From an uncultured virus (IMG/VR IMGVR_UViG_3300030118_004714) (taxonomy: Duplodnaviria > Heunggongvirae > Uroviricota > Caudoviricetes): a stretch of 64,000 nt of DNA. The DNA lies in IMG/VR virus record IMGVR_UViG_3300030118_004714; one strand, written 5' to 3'. Position 1 is the first letter of the stretch. Every line of letters starts with the position of its first letter. Made by a program: the position numbers and the translations under genes. The notes under the pieces are model-generated. The model was not told the origin of the DNA. It saw only the letters and a list, made by a program, of their open reading frames with translations, and did no database searches. Of this stretch, positions 1 through 12,100 are shown piece by piece.

Positions 1-42
1 AGTATTCCCTAGTAAGTTTGTTCAATAGGGGAGGAAAGCAAC

Positions 43-1680
43 ATGGCGATTAACACAGATATATTTTTAGGTAGCGGAGCAAATTTGGCATTAGTGCCGG
101 AAACTGATTTGTATTTTGAGATTGATGCAAGCGAAAGTGGCGATAGAACAAATATTCATGCGGTTGCTGACTTCAAAAACAACTATCTTCTCGTTGAAGA
201 TATTTATGTTGGTTGCGTTGTTGATTATTACAATGCAGATGTTTCTACTACTGTTCCTGCTTCATCTCACATTATTACTTCCAATGATAGTGATTCAATT
301 ACGATTAGCCCCAGTATCGCAAGCACCATTACTTTAGCATCGGATGATAGCGACTTTGTTATCATTAGAAGTTATGGTGCGCCATGTGTCGGGCAAAAAA
401 ATTCAGATGTTAAAAGATTAAATGCTGATAACTGGCTCGGTGTTGTAGAATCTGCTTCTTTTCCAAATGTTGATGTTGAGGTTAAACAATTAAATTTGAG
501 CCTCGGAACAACGAGAAACTACGAATACCAGTATAAGGGCATTGAAACTGCGAGTGGCGGAAACATTAACTTGGTTGCTAATCACGGTGCATTTTTGTAT
601 TATGCTTTAGGTTCCTGTTCTCAAGTCGTCGCTACCACTACTGCAACAAACCCTATCAGCACTATTGCTGGTGCGGCTGGTAAAGTGTTTATTGACAATG
701 GCAATCTTGGTGGAGCAACAGGAACCATTACAACCCATTTAAATCAAGGCCCAATTTTCTACAAAACGGGATATGGCGCAACAGGAACGGCAGGAACGGC
801 ATTAACTCCGCCACTCATCGCCAATTTAGATTTGTTAGCCAATACTGAAACATTGACTCGCACTACGACAACCGCTACTGCTTTAACAAATCCAATTACT
901 TACACCTTTACCGAAGCAAACGGTGAAGAATTGCCTTCCTTTGCTCTTGAACAAACCCTTAGCAAATTGGAATCTGCAAATACTTTCCGAGCATTGGACA
1001 CAACTTTAGCCACCGAGTCGCATAACTTTGTGCGAATCGCAAGAGGCAACCGTGTTCAAACGCTCACGCTTACGGCAAATGAGAACGAAGAATTGAAAAT
1101 GACGCTGGATTTAAGCACCCGTGGAGTTCACCGACTTAAGACCAATGAAGAGTATGAAGCAAGAGGCGGTGCAGGTAGCGACAATGACAAACTGTTCAAC
1201 CTTAACGACACCGACGATGATGCAGAATTCCTTGAACCGTTCTTCTTCTCTTCGGGTTCTTTCACCATTTTCGGTGAACAATTCCTCAAGATTACAAACC
1301 TTAGTTTGACTATTAACAATAATCTGCAAGAGAAGCGATTCGTTGGTGTTGGGTCTAAATCTATTAAGACGGACATTCCTTCTTTTCGGAACTATGAATT
1401 ATCTTTTACTGCATTAGTCACCGATAACAGATTGTTTGAAGAATTGTTTGACCAAACAGAACAAACTGGAACGAACCTTACTGATGATAACGGCTTAATT
1501 CAGTTAGTCTTTGATAAAGGAAATACCGAACAAATTAAACTCCAGTTTAAGAATTATATGATTAACGCTGCTAATTACACTGTTCCTGATGATAAGGGGC
1601 CAATTACTGTTGAAGCAACAGTCATGCCAAGAGATTTGGTTCTCTGTGAAGTTAAAACTCACTGGGTTTTGCAGGGGTGA
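43..1680 (+). CDS. Major tail tube protein
   Basis: 545 aa. C-terminal beta-rich tube-like segment (LKITNLSLTINNNLQE...RNYELSFTA...GPITVEATV). Sits directly upstream of the chaperone and tape measure. GGAGG RBS. Confidence 0.75.
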   Translation: MAINTDIFLGSGANLALVPETDLYFEIDASESGDRTNIHAVADFKNNYLLVEDIYVGCVVDYYNADVSTTVPASSHIITSNDSDSITISPSIASTITLASDDSDFVIIRSYGAPCVGQKNSDVKRLNADNWLGVVESASFPNVDVEVKQLNLSLGTTRNYEYQYKGIETASGGNINLVANHGAFLYYALGSCSQVVATTTATNPISTIAGAAGKVFIDNGNLGGATGTITTHLNQGPIFYKTGYGATGTAGTALTPPLIANLDLLANTETLTRTTTTATALTNPITYTFTEANGEELPSFALEQTLSKLESANTFRALDTTLATESHNFVRIARGNRVQTLTLTANENEELKMTLDLSTRGVHRLKTNEEYEARGGAGSDNDKLFNLNDTDDDAEFLEPFFFSSGSFTIFGEQFLKITNLSLTINNNLQEKRFVGVGSKSIKTDIPSFRNYELSFTALVTDNRLFEELFDQTEQTGTNLTDDNGLIQLVFDKGNTEQIKLQFKNYMINAANYTVPDDKGPITVEATVMPRDLVLCEVKTHWVLQG

Positions 1681-1684
1681 TTTC

Positions 1685-1798
1685 ATGGATAAGTATGAAA
1701 AAGCCCGCTATATTGAAGACCTAAAGGCTAAGACCAAAAAGAAAAAGGTCGTTAAGAAAAAAGTTGAGGAACCTAAGAAATCTAAATTAGCAGAATGA
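1685..1798 (+). CDS. Small Lys-rich protein (37 aa, MDKYEKARY...)
   Basis: ATG at 1685 after GGGGTGA RBS; fills the gap after the tail tube gene. Confidence 0.5.
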   Translation: MDKYEKARYIEDLKAKTKKKKVVKKKVEEPKKSKLAE

Positions 1799-1837
1799 TA
1801 TTCCACCAACACCGTTTGTTTGTTTGTTGGTTAGAAG

Positions 1838-2218
1838 GTGGAGAATATGTTAAGTGATAAGAAGATTGTATCTGACAAAAGTGTGCTATTTGCACTAACC
1901 GAGCCTACGCTACATTATATCCGTGTAGCCCCAGAAAGTGATGAATACCTTAAAGTGTGGGTAAAAGAACCCACATGGCTTGAGGTGGACAAAGCCATGA
2001 ACGCCATGATGAAAATTGATGCGAAGCGTCAAGATATGGAATTGGACTTAAACGCTATGTTTAGGTTTATGTTTGAAAACTTTGTTGTTAAGACTGAACC
2101 TGCTCTTTCTGCGGTTGATATTCTCCGCTTGACTCCCTATGTTGGGAATCAAATTAAAGACATTCTCCCAAACCCGTTTAACGCGTTAGAGGAGGATGAA
2201 GAAAAAAACGAAGACTAA
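1838..2218 (+). CDS. Tail assembly chaperone (lambda gpG analogue)
   Basis: Lies between tail tube and tape measure; slippery A AAA AAC (2203-2209) just before the stop. Confidence 0.8.
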   Translation: MENMLSDKKIVSDKSVLFALTEPTLHYIRVAPESDEYLKVWVKEPTWLEVDKAMNAMMKIDAKRQDMELDLNAMFRFMFENFVVKTEPALSAVDILRLTPYVGNQIKDILPNPFNALEEDEEKNED

Positions 2219-2418
2219 GGAGGGCTTTAAAGGGAGGAAAAGCCTCTCCTAAAGATTACTCCTTAATCATCGTATATACCCTAGCGAAAGCATTGTCAAT
2301 AAGCCCCTTAGAAATATATAAAATGCCAGCACCATTAGTCAAAGATTTATTATTAGTTCATAAAAATGTTGAAATGATTAAAGCCGAAGAGATGGAAAAA
2401 GCGAGTAAAAAGAAGTGA
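2203..2418 (+). CDS. -1 frameshift extension of the tail assembly chaperone (gpGT analogue)
   Basis: -1 frame is open from the slippery site to TGA 2416-2418: RRLRRALKGG...LAKALSISPLEIYKMPAPLVKDLL...ASKKK. Confidence 0.8.
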   Translation, partial: KKRRLRRALKGGKASPKDYSLIIVYTLAKALSISPLEIYKMPAPLVKDLLLVHKNVEMIKAEEMEKASKKK

Positions 2419-2423
2419 TTTTC

Positions 2424-4340
2424 ATGTCGGGCCAAATAGTTGCACAAATGGAAAAACTCAATGGGCAGTTTGAGACATTCATTGACTTACAGCAAAAGGC
2501 TAAACGGGAAGCAGTTCAAGCGGCGGAGGAACAAAAAAAAGCGGCTAATAGGCAAACTGCCGCCATGAAAGTTCTTGGAATTACCATTGATGAAACAACA
2601 GGTAAAATGAAAAGAAATGGAATGCTAGTCAATGAGTTCGGGCAAGAAGTGAACAGAGTCGGAGAAGTAGTTTCTAATTTCAACAAAAGAACAACTGTTC
2701 TAACAAAGTCTATTGAGGCTCTCAATAAACAGGGTAAGTCGTTTGAGATTTTCTCAAGAGAGACAAGAGAAGCATATATGGCGGCTGGAGGAAATATCTT
2801 TGAATTTGTTGCAGAAGGTATTTTAGGTTCAAGAGAAGAAATTACTTTATTTGGTCAAGAAGCCGCTAAACTTAGAAAAATTGCCTATGGTTTCCTCCCG
2901 CCCGGAACTTTTAGACTTTTGAATAAAGTAGCAAGCGGTTTTCAATTAATTGGTAGTGCTACTAGAAGGGCTTCAAGAACCACACAGGAATATGAAGATG
3001 ATATTAAAAAGTTAAAGGCTCAACAAGAAAAATTAAATAAAGATACTCAAGAAGAAGAGTATAATAATCTGCAACAAACTATTGATAAGATGCGAAAAGA
3101 TATGCGCGAAAGTGGCGGGAATATTATTGGAACTACGATTAAAGCATTGGGTAAAATTCCAAGAGCAGGTAAATTTACAAAGGCTTTTGGTGAGGCTAGA
3201 GAACAAACTAACCTACAAGCGCAAGCGAATATTATAACCAAATTAGGTTTCTCTGGATTTGGTATGAGCCTTGATGATGTAGCCGCAAGAAGAACAGAAT
3301 TACAATCAAAAATGGCTTCTCGTTATGGTAGTGGACAACGATTTAGGACAGCAGAAGAAGACTTGGAGTTAGACACACTAAATGAAATTCTTAAACCTCT
3401 GGGCGTAAGAGGGTATTTTAGTGATGCTATAATAACAGGATTTAAAAAGAGTCCTATTGTTGCGATTATGAACGGAATAGAATCATTTATGAAAAAATCT
3501 GGCCTATTTTTAAGAAAGGTATTTTCAAAAGACTTTGGTAAGAAAGTCATGGCATTTGCTGGTACTGCTATTAAATTTATGTTTAGTATGATGATTTACG
3601 CAACATTGTTCTTTACCCTATTATACTTCTTTAGAAAACCTATAATGAGAGCATTTGGGGCAATTGGTGAATTAGTTAAAAATACACTGCCAGCATTTAA
3701 GAAGACAATGATGAATAGTTTTAATTTGATTAAAGATAGTTTTATGGACATCTACAATGGATTCAAAGACGGCGACCTTATGCGAGTCTTTGAAGGAATT
3801 TGGGGCGTTGCTTGGGGACTTTTAGGTGCGGCTTTCAAAACACTTATGGCTGTTGGGGCTGTTGCTTTGGTTGGCCTTGGTGCGTTTATTGGCAACTTCG
3901 GTGAGAGAATTATAGCGTGGGGAACAAATCTTTGGAACGGTGATTGGCAACAGAAATTAAAATCTATTGCTAAAGTCATTGCGATTCTAGCGATTTTGTT
4001 TATTGGTTGGCCCGCTATTATTGGTGCGGCTATTGCTGGTGGTATTGTTTCCCTTATTAATTTCTTTAGAAAGAGATTCTTTGCAGATGGTGGGACAACA
4101 CCTGCTGGAATGAGTATTGTTGGAGAAAGAGGGCCAGAGATACTAAACTTACCAGCAGGTTCAAAAATCACTTCTAATGCTAAATCAAGAAAAATGGCTG
4201 GAGGAACAGTCAATAACTTTAACATCACTATCAATGCAAAGGATTCTTCAAAGGCAGAGATGCGAAGAATGGCAGATGAAATCGGTAGAATGATTAATTC
4301 AAAAATTAATAGAAGCACATCTTCTAGCACATTTAGGTGA
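2424..4340 (+). CDS. Tail tape measure protein
   Basis: Long helical Ala/Gly-rich protein with hydrophobic segments and the typical C-terminal FADGG...VGERGPEIL motif; follows the chaperone. Confidence 0.85.
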   Translation: MSGQIVAQMEKLNGQFETFIDLQQKAKREAVQAAEEQKKAANRQTAAMKVLGITIDETTGKMKRNGMLVNEFGQEVNRVGEVVSNFNKRTTVLTKSIEALNKQGKSFEIFSRETREAYMAAGGNIFEFVAEGILGSREEITLFGQEAAKLRKIAYGFLPPGTFRLLNKVASGFQLIGSATRRASRTTQEYEDDIKKLKAQQEKLNKDTQEEEYNNLQQTIDKMRKDMRESGGNIIGTTIKALGKIPRAGKFTKAFGEAREQTNLQAQANIITKLGFSGFGMSLDDVAARRTELQSKMASRYGSGQRFRTAEEDLELDTLNEILKPLGVRGYFSDAIITGFKKSPIVAIMNGIESFMKKSGLFLRKVFSKDFGKKVMAFAGTAIKFMFSMMIYATLFFTLLYFFRKPIMRAFGAIGELVKNTLPAFKKTMMNSFNLIKDSFMDIYNGFKDGDLMRVFEGIWGVAWGLLGAAFKTLMAVGAVALVGLGAFIGNFGERIIAWGTNLWNGDWQQKLKSIAKVIAILAILFIGWPAIIGAAIAGGIVSLINFFRKRFFADGGTTPAGMSIVGERGPEILNLPAGSKITSNAKSRKMAGGTVNNFNITINAKDSSKAEMRRMADEIGRMINSKINRSTSSSTFR

Positions 4341-4345
4341 TTAAT

Positions 4346-4942
4346 ATGAGTTTTGTTTATCTTAAATTACAGCAACATAAAGGCACAAGCACTTCAGTTG
4401 ATGTTATTCCATTAAAAGTGACCAATGTATCAGTTAGCGTAGATAAAACAATTCCTAATATCCCTGTTCCTTTAAGCGGTTTAGCAACAGGAGAATCTGC
4501 TACGGTTGCACTGGACTTAGGAATGTCAAATAAAAGAATTACTTTGCAAGGTATTCTTTTAGAGACTACTTTAGAAAGAAGCCATACTTCTGGTTCTCTT
4601 ATATTTACACCTCAAGCAATAAATGAACTAGTCGTTTTAATGAATTCAAATGTTGATGAAGATTATATTGACCGGGGGAAAAAAGCAGATAGTCCAAGCG
4701 ACCCTTCGGCTTCTTCTTTAGCAAACGGAACTTTAACCGAAAAAATACCATTTACTTTTAGGTCAAGAGGAGCCTCTTTAACAAAAGATAATGAGTTTGT
4801 GGTATTGGCAAGAGCCTTTCCAACAAGTTCTACTTCTCAAGGTCTAACCGGCTTTATTCAAAGTTTTAGTTTTGAATTAAATTCTGAGACAGTAGAGGTT
4901 TCTTTTAATATGGAATTTGTCGTAGCCAATGTTCTCCCTTGA
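4346..4942 (+). CDS. Putative distal tail (Dit-like) protein
   Basis: Directly after the tape measure; beta-rich; call rests mainly on synteny. Confidence 0.5.
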   Translation: MSFVYLKLQQHKGTSTSVDVIPLKVTNVSVSVDKTIPNIPVPLSGLATGESATVALDLGMSNKRITLQGILLETTLERSHTSGSLIFTPQAINELVVLMNSNVDEDYIDRGKKADSPSDPSASSLANGTLTEKIPFTFRSRGASLTKDNEFVVLARAFPTSSTSQGLTGFIQSFSFELNSETVEVSFNMEFVVANVLP

Positions 4943-4951
4943 GGTTTTATT

Positions 4952-6139
4952 ATGTCTTATTCTATTTTCACAGGAAAACAACGCTCGCTTGTTTTTCCAA
5001 TTATGTGTAATGGTTTTTTGACAATTGATTATTCAGATAATGTAGTTTCATCTGCATCGGGAATACCTTATGGTATCTGGGATTTAGATGATAATTTTAC
5101 ATTTGAGTGTGTATTGACTCCCTATGAAATTAATGGTTATGGGACACATAGTAGTACGGGCGACACCTACATACCGACTACTGGGAATCTTTCAAAGGTA
5201 AGTCATAGCGATGGTTTGGGTATTGTTTCCAATAGTAAAAAAATAATGCCTGCTTTAGAAGAATCTATCTATACTGCCGGAACACAAAATAATCATCAAA
5301 GCGAATTATATTTACCAAGAGCAAATCGTAAAAACCATGAAATGAGAATTTTTCACAGCACTAACTTTCAAGTGAGTTTAGTAAATGATACTCTACATAA
5401 CGAAAATAATCCAGCGAGATATAAAATCAAAGTTGGAGTCAAATTAGGTTCTGCTTCTATGGAAAACTTTACGACCGATGCTGTAATTTTACCGAATGAA
5501 GGGGGGCAATATGATTACTCTTCCGTACCTGACTTACAGGGTTTTGATACCGATGGTAAGTTAAAATACAGAAGAATAAGTTTTGCTCTCGCCGGTTCAT
5601 CGGGAACGACTCTTAAAATGACAACAGGCACAGGAGTTGATGATAAGTTATTTGAAAATGTTGAATTATTTACTAGAAGCGGAACAGACTTAGTATCTAT
5701 TGGTCTATTTGATAGTAAGCCTTCTGCTAGCACCATTACTTTAAAGTCTGCACTAACTAGAACCATTTCTTCAGGCGACCCAATTTTTATCAAACATATT
5801 CAAGAGCCAAGTTATATTAATAATACATACCACATTGCTTGTTCTTGGGATAATAATAACAAAATATTAAATATATTTTTTAATGGTCGTTTAGTTAAGA
5901 CAGCAACCCATACCCAAACAGATTCATTTACAATGGCCGCAGAAGATTTTTATGTCGGTGCAAATGGAACAGGAGCAACGGGGGCTAATTCGGCCACTAC
6001 TAATAATCAATTTATGGGAGAGTTGCATGAATTAAGTATTATGAACATTAATAAAAGTGAGTTTAATGCTATAAATAATTTGATGCCTAACTTAAAGAAT
6101 ACTGTTTTATATTTAAGATTTGAGGAGGTGGATGATTAA
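4952..6139 (+). CDS. Tail protein with LamG/concanavalin-like domain
   Basis: FTFECVL...YHIACSWD...IFFNGRL...FYVGA...FMGELHELSI is a LamG pattern. Confidence 0.7.
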   Translation: MSYSIFTGKQRSLVFPIMCNGFLTIDYSDNVVSSASGIPYGIWDLDDNFTFECVLTPYEINGYGTHSSTGDTYIPTTGNLSKVSHSDGLGIVSNSKKIMPALEESIYTAGTQNNHQSELYLPRANRKNHEMRIFHSTNFQVSLVNDTLHNENNPARYKIKVGVKLGSASMENFTTDAVILPNEGGQYDYSSVPDLQGFDTDGKLKYRRISFALAGSSGTTLKMTTGTGVDDKLFENVELFTRSGTDLVSIGLFDSKPSASTITLKSALTRTISSGDPIFIKHIQEPSYINNTYHIACSWDNNNKILNIFFNGRLVKTATHTQTDSFTMAAEDFYVGANGTGATGANSATTNNQFMGELHELSIMNINKSEFNAINNLMPNLKNTVLYLRFEEVDD

Positions 6140-9100
6140 TGGCTTTAACATTAGATGACATTTTTAATGCCCCAACAAATCCTTATTTGAAGGACAGTGG
6201 CCCAACTGATGGGGATAGAATATATACCGCAATTACGACAGAAGACACTTCTGTTGCGATTACTGGTTGGGGCGGAACCATTACAGAAAATTCTAATCTA
6301 AATACAACGAAGGGATTTAGAATCAAGTGCTATGATTCATTGACCACGACAGGGATTAGGTTTAACCCTACTGCTACTAACTTAACAGATAATGATTATT
6401 TTGTTTTGCTTTATTCGGACACTCCATACCAACATCACTTTGCTAAAATTACTGAGGTTTTAACAGAAGACGAATATGGTGATGCTTTTGAATTTGAGCC
6501 GAAGTTAGGAAATGAAATCCCAAAAGATACCAAGTTCATTATTTTCCAAATGACCAAGAATGGAAGCGTTGTTGCTGTCTCAATGGGCATGCTCCAAGAC
6601 GATAGTTTGGGTTCTTCATCAAATGATTTTGAGGGAGAATTGTGGAGAAGAATGGCAGTAGCAAGACCATTGTTTTACTTCTTTCCAAGAGAAACCAATG
6701 CAGATAAAATGGACAAACCCAATGAATTAAATCACAATCGAAAGTTTTACGCTATAAGAGAAAGTGGAACGGCTAACAGTTATACGCTATCAAATGCAGA
6801 TAATTGTAAAGTTTTTACTACGATGCAAGACTTTGGTAAGTCTGTTGTAGATTACAGCAGGTTCTCATACAAGATAAAATTAACTGATAAACTAAGAGAT
6901 TTGGATGCGGCACAATCCTCAAATTGCACCTATAATGAAGGAAGCACAATTACGGAGGACACAACAAATTATCAACAAAGCCACATTAATGCAAGAAGAA
7001 TCGCAGACGATGTTATTTCTACTCCTACATTCACCGGCCCCCTACGATACCTAAGTTATGATTTTTCTCCGACGAAATCAAACTTTCTTTACAATGTTTA
7101 TGACCACACTAATACAGAATCTATTGATGGAAAAGGCGGTTTTGCAGAAACATCGGTTATTGATAATGGCAGAATTATGCCAAGAAAGATAAAAGAGTTT
7201 GACGCATACCGTGTAAGACATACCATCCATACTGGGGATATGAATGAGTTCTTTGCATTAAAGGCAACATACGATTCATCTACTTCTTCAACAGTATTTT
7301 CATTCAATACTCAGTATGATTTAAAAACAGTTTTAAATTCTGGAGATGAAATTAAATTAGGAGATGAAATTTTAATTGTTAAAGATGATGGAAGTGGCGA
7401 CCCTCTTATCAGCACTTTATCGGGAACAACTCAAACTATTACCTTTGAGAACACCGGGGGAGGCTCACCTTTGCCCTATGCGAGAACCGAGACGGAAGGA
7501 GAATTTACCGGGCAGTCAATTACTCCATCAAGCGGCGCAACGCTCCACAGGCGAGCATATAACGCCACAGACGGGACACTTATGCTTGACACTTCACTAC
7601 TAAACAACAGGTTTAGTAAAATGTATATCTCTTTTACTTCTTTAAATCATAATGAAAGGTTTGCGACAATTACTGCTTCAGATGCTACAAAAGGTATGAT
7701 TACTCTCTCATTTAGTGATGACTCCTACAATACTAATCCATTGAGTTTTGCAAAAGGAGAATACAGATTACACATTGAAAGATTCAATGGGGAAATTGAA
7801 AATGTCCAAAGTAAAAAGGAAGATGGGCAGACTATTATGGAAATTCAGGGAAGGGATAAGTTTAACAAATTACTTTCTCCTATTGTGAATTTAAACACTT
7901 TGTTTAGTGAAGATATTATTTATTCTAGTAATAGTCCGTATAATAAATTACAATCTGCTGTTCCCGCAGGTTCGGTTTTAGCAAGTTCTGTTGGTTCAAC
8001 CTTCATAAAAACAGAAATGATTGCAGAGGGCTTTGATTCACCTTTAGTTGTAGGTGATAAAATATTTGTAGAAAATGGCTTTTTAGGAGAAATAACTTCT
8101 TTTAGTGATTATTCTGGTGGAGGCTCTAGTGTATTACAACAAATAAATATATCAACGGGGCTACTTACTAGCGTTTCAGCAGGAGATAAAATTTACAAAG
8201 AATCAGAAAAAAACTATATTCTCTCAAAAGCACTTGGTTCATCCCACCTTGCTACAAGCAAACCATCTTCTCTTACAGGAGCCGCTAATAAAGGGTTAAT
8301 TTTTACAGCAGGAAATAAAATTACGATGTCAAGCGGTGCTGAAAGTGATTCATTAGTTTCAACAAGCGCAAACACAAATGAAGGAGCAATTGGGTATGCA
8401 ATCAATAAGCCATCATCTATTTCAAATGATTTTGCTTTTCAAGCATTATTGAAAGACGAACATGGAAGCGCAGGGTCGTCCTCTTTTGATACGGTAAATA
8501 CTCTAATTGACTTTGAGGTGGTTTCTACTTCAAAGAAAGACAACATTACAGAATTTGAATTGGCTCCATATATTCCTATCACTTTGGGTAGAAAAACAGA
8601 TTACTACTATTCTCAGGATAATTTTACTTTTACAGGCGCAGGAGAAGTGAATGTAGTTTCTACTCATTCAACTACATTTGATGGTTTCGTCACCACAAAT
8701 TTTTCCACATATACTCTAAAAAGAGACGATATTATTTTTGTTGGAGATTCATCCTCTTCTACCACATCAGGAACAAAGACATTTGTCGGTAAAATTAAGG
8801 CACTTGAAATTGACAGTTTTCAAGTGTCAGGTGGAACAAATACGCATAGACAACAAATATTCTTTGATAGGTCAGTTCATGCCTTCACAGTCGGTGAAAA
8901 GTTGTATGTTGCACAAAGAAAAACCAATGATTTAATATTTGTAAATGGACAGCATTTATGGGGAGGAAAAATTAATATTCTTGCTCATCCAAAAGTAAGT
9001 GCAACTTTGGGTGTTTTACCTCTTAATTTAGAAAGCATCAACGGAAGTTCTGATTACAATACTAAACATGGACAGCCTTATTACAAAGCAAATAGTTTAG

Positions 9101-12100
9101 CAACTGGTTCTTTTTCAAGTGATAGTGGGCAATTAAATCAAATTAATACTGATACTATTATTTCTGATTCTTATGACAATAAATCTAAATTAAATTACTA
9201 TACAACAAATTATCAATTTAAGCCTAATATTGCAAGTGATAATTTAATAGAATATGATAAAACAGACTCATCATATAGAACAATGCCTTTAGATTTAAGA
9301 GGAAACACCACTCCCTTTGGTTCAAAAACAAACGATACCAGAATACATAGAGATAAAACAATAAATTTACCTAAAAAGGGATTTTCTGCATTTTTGGAAA
9401 AACAGTATGGTCAAGACGACGATTCTGCTTCTAGGCTATTTTTATATTCTGTTGGAGATATATTACCTTATTCCTCTGTAAGAAAGGATAGTATTTTTAA
9501 TAGTAATTTGACTGTAAGTAATTATAATTTATTTCTTATGGAAAATAATAAAGAAAATGACGGTTCAATAAAAGAAGCCAACAGACTGTTGTTAAAAGAT
9601 AATAATTTTCAAACTTTAGGGTTTCAAGATAATATTTCATTAAGTAGTTTAAAGCGATTTGGATTAATGAGATTAACTGAAGTTTGTGTTGACTTTATGT
9701 TTAATAAAGTAAATCCAGAAAAACCTATATTTAAAAATTTAACAAAACAGGCGTTTAGTACGATTAGGGGTTTCAATATTACTGCACTAGCAGGTGGAGG
9801 AAGTATTGACACCATTACATATAGTGGCGGAGGAAAGCCAATTATTACCTTTGATGACACTCAAACTCTTGCAGACGGTGATGAACTTTTTGACCTTTCA
9901 ACTGGGCAACAGATAGGCACAGTAGGCACTGCTCAAGGAGGAACAAAGAAAGATTTTCAACTTTCTGCTTCTTCAATAAATCTTACGAAAAATGGTGCAT
10001 TACCAACAGATGCTATTAAAGTAAATACTGAAACCTTAACTTTGACAGGTAGGGCAGAAAAAGACTCTATTATTCAATCTAGCACACTACACCCTCTTAA
10101 GGGTGCTATTATTCCTGAAGATAGCACTTATGGAACAGCAACTAACGATTTTGTAAAGGGTTTTACTGGAGGCACAAATTTTCCACATCAAACTGACCAA
10201 GAAATCATTTTACCATTAATGTTTTTACAGACAGATTTTACAAATGTAGATGCATCAGATTCAACTGATTTGTTGGGTATAACGAATGCTCTTAGCCATA
10301 TTAACGCGTCTATGTATTATGGAATGCTTTGCGTTTCTTTAGATAGATTTCAAATAGAAGATGGAGGCGATAGCCCAATAGAAAAGGGGGCTACAAGTCA
10401 AGCACTTAAGAATACAATATCATTTGAATATAGCACTTTTAGAAAATATTTAGGTATTACATCTAATTCTCATTATGCTCAATTTACAAATTCTGGAGAT
10501 TCATCTGATAGTTATGACACAAGTTCCCCATATTCTGTTGATGGAAGTTATATGGTATTTAAACCAAGATTGTGTAGTGGCACTCTATCTTCTGCTACTA
10601 TTAAAACCTCAAATGGAGATGTTAAAAAATATACTTTTACTCCTTCAGCGACAAGTGGGAACCAATTTCTTAAATTATTAGACCTTACTGGTTGTTATTT
10701 AGTTCCCGAAGAGGGAACAACTCTTGGAGGAACAACTTTTACAGATGGGTCTGTTCTTTCTTCAAAAAGAATGGACAATGTTAGGCCTACATTGGGGCAA
10801 TTAGTTTATGTTATTTCTCATGAAGTTTCTTCATCTAATTCAGATAATCACTTTTTAGTCACTGATATTGACTTAATTGCAGATACAGAATATAGAATAC
10901 TGCAACCAAATGAAACTTGTCTTTTTGATTTTTTCCCCAATAAAATTCATTTAAATACCTTAAGTTCTTCTTATACTAAAATTCACAATGAAGAAAAAAC
11001 ATATTCTACGGAACAAGATTATACTTCAAGACACGGAAAAAGTGCAGAAGGTGGAGGAACAAATGCCAATGAAGGTGTTTTATCTATGTTCGTCATAGTT
11101 GATACTGACAAACAATCAACAGATAATGGATTAGTATTAAAAGATGCTAGAAACTTTATGACTACAAATTTTCCAAATGGTGAATACAATGTGTTTTTTT
11201 CTGATGGAGATAACAAAAAGAAAATACAATTAACTTCTATTGATGCTAATAATTTCTGTGCTTTAGTTTTATCTGAAGGATTCAATGGTAAAGGGGTGGT
11301 TTCTGTGTCGGAAACCTTTACTATATCTTCAACCGAGGAATTAAAAATACAGCCAAATAGGGCTTGTATAGGAACAACTGTTTCTGTTAGTTTAGAAGGT
11401 GAAGACATTATCAATGAATTACTTGAACAAGAAGGTATTGAATTTACAACAACTTCAACAGATACCCCGATGTATTTAGCACCAAACTATCAAGGCGTAG
11501 ATTTATTTTCAGCCATCCGATATATTCTTGATAGAAAAAACATGAAACTTATTGAAGAAAACAATGTATTCAAGATTATTCCCGAAGATGAGGACTCTTT
11601 GAGAACAAACATTACAATTAATGACAGCGACGAATTCCTTATCATTGACTTTGACAAGGTATCTACTCTTTTTGACTTCTTTAATGAAATCAATGTTTAT
11701 GGCAACGCTCACAAAGCGATTCGCAAAGACCTTCGCTCAATACAAAAAAGAGGAAGAAAGACCTTAGAGGTTGTAGATAATACTCTACTAACTCAAGAGG
11801 AAGTGGATAAAAGAGCCACTAAACTTTTAAGAATACATTCTCGCCTCAATCAAAAGTTATCTTTTACTTTGCACAGCAAGGGAATCGCTCAATTAAGAGT
11901 AGGAGATATTGTAAATGTGTCTATTCCAAGAGAAAATATTGAAATGAATGAATTCATAGTTTTGGAGATGGAACATCAATTAACTGGATTTATTAAACTA
12001 CAACTTGGTAGGTATAGCAAAGACCTTTCCGACATATTTTCAGAATTGCTCATTTCTAACAAAGAAACAAAGGCCGCATTGAGAAGCAACGACTTAAGCA

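Noticed and set aside
3752..4330. 192-aa minus-strand ORF and similar antisense ORFs (e.g. 50711-51514, 11019-11414, 51378-51956)
   Set aside because: Shadows of well-supported genes on the opposite strand; no motifs or RBS.
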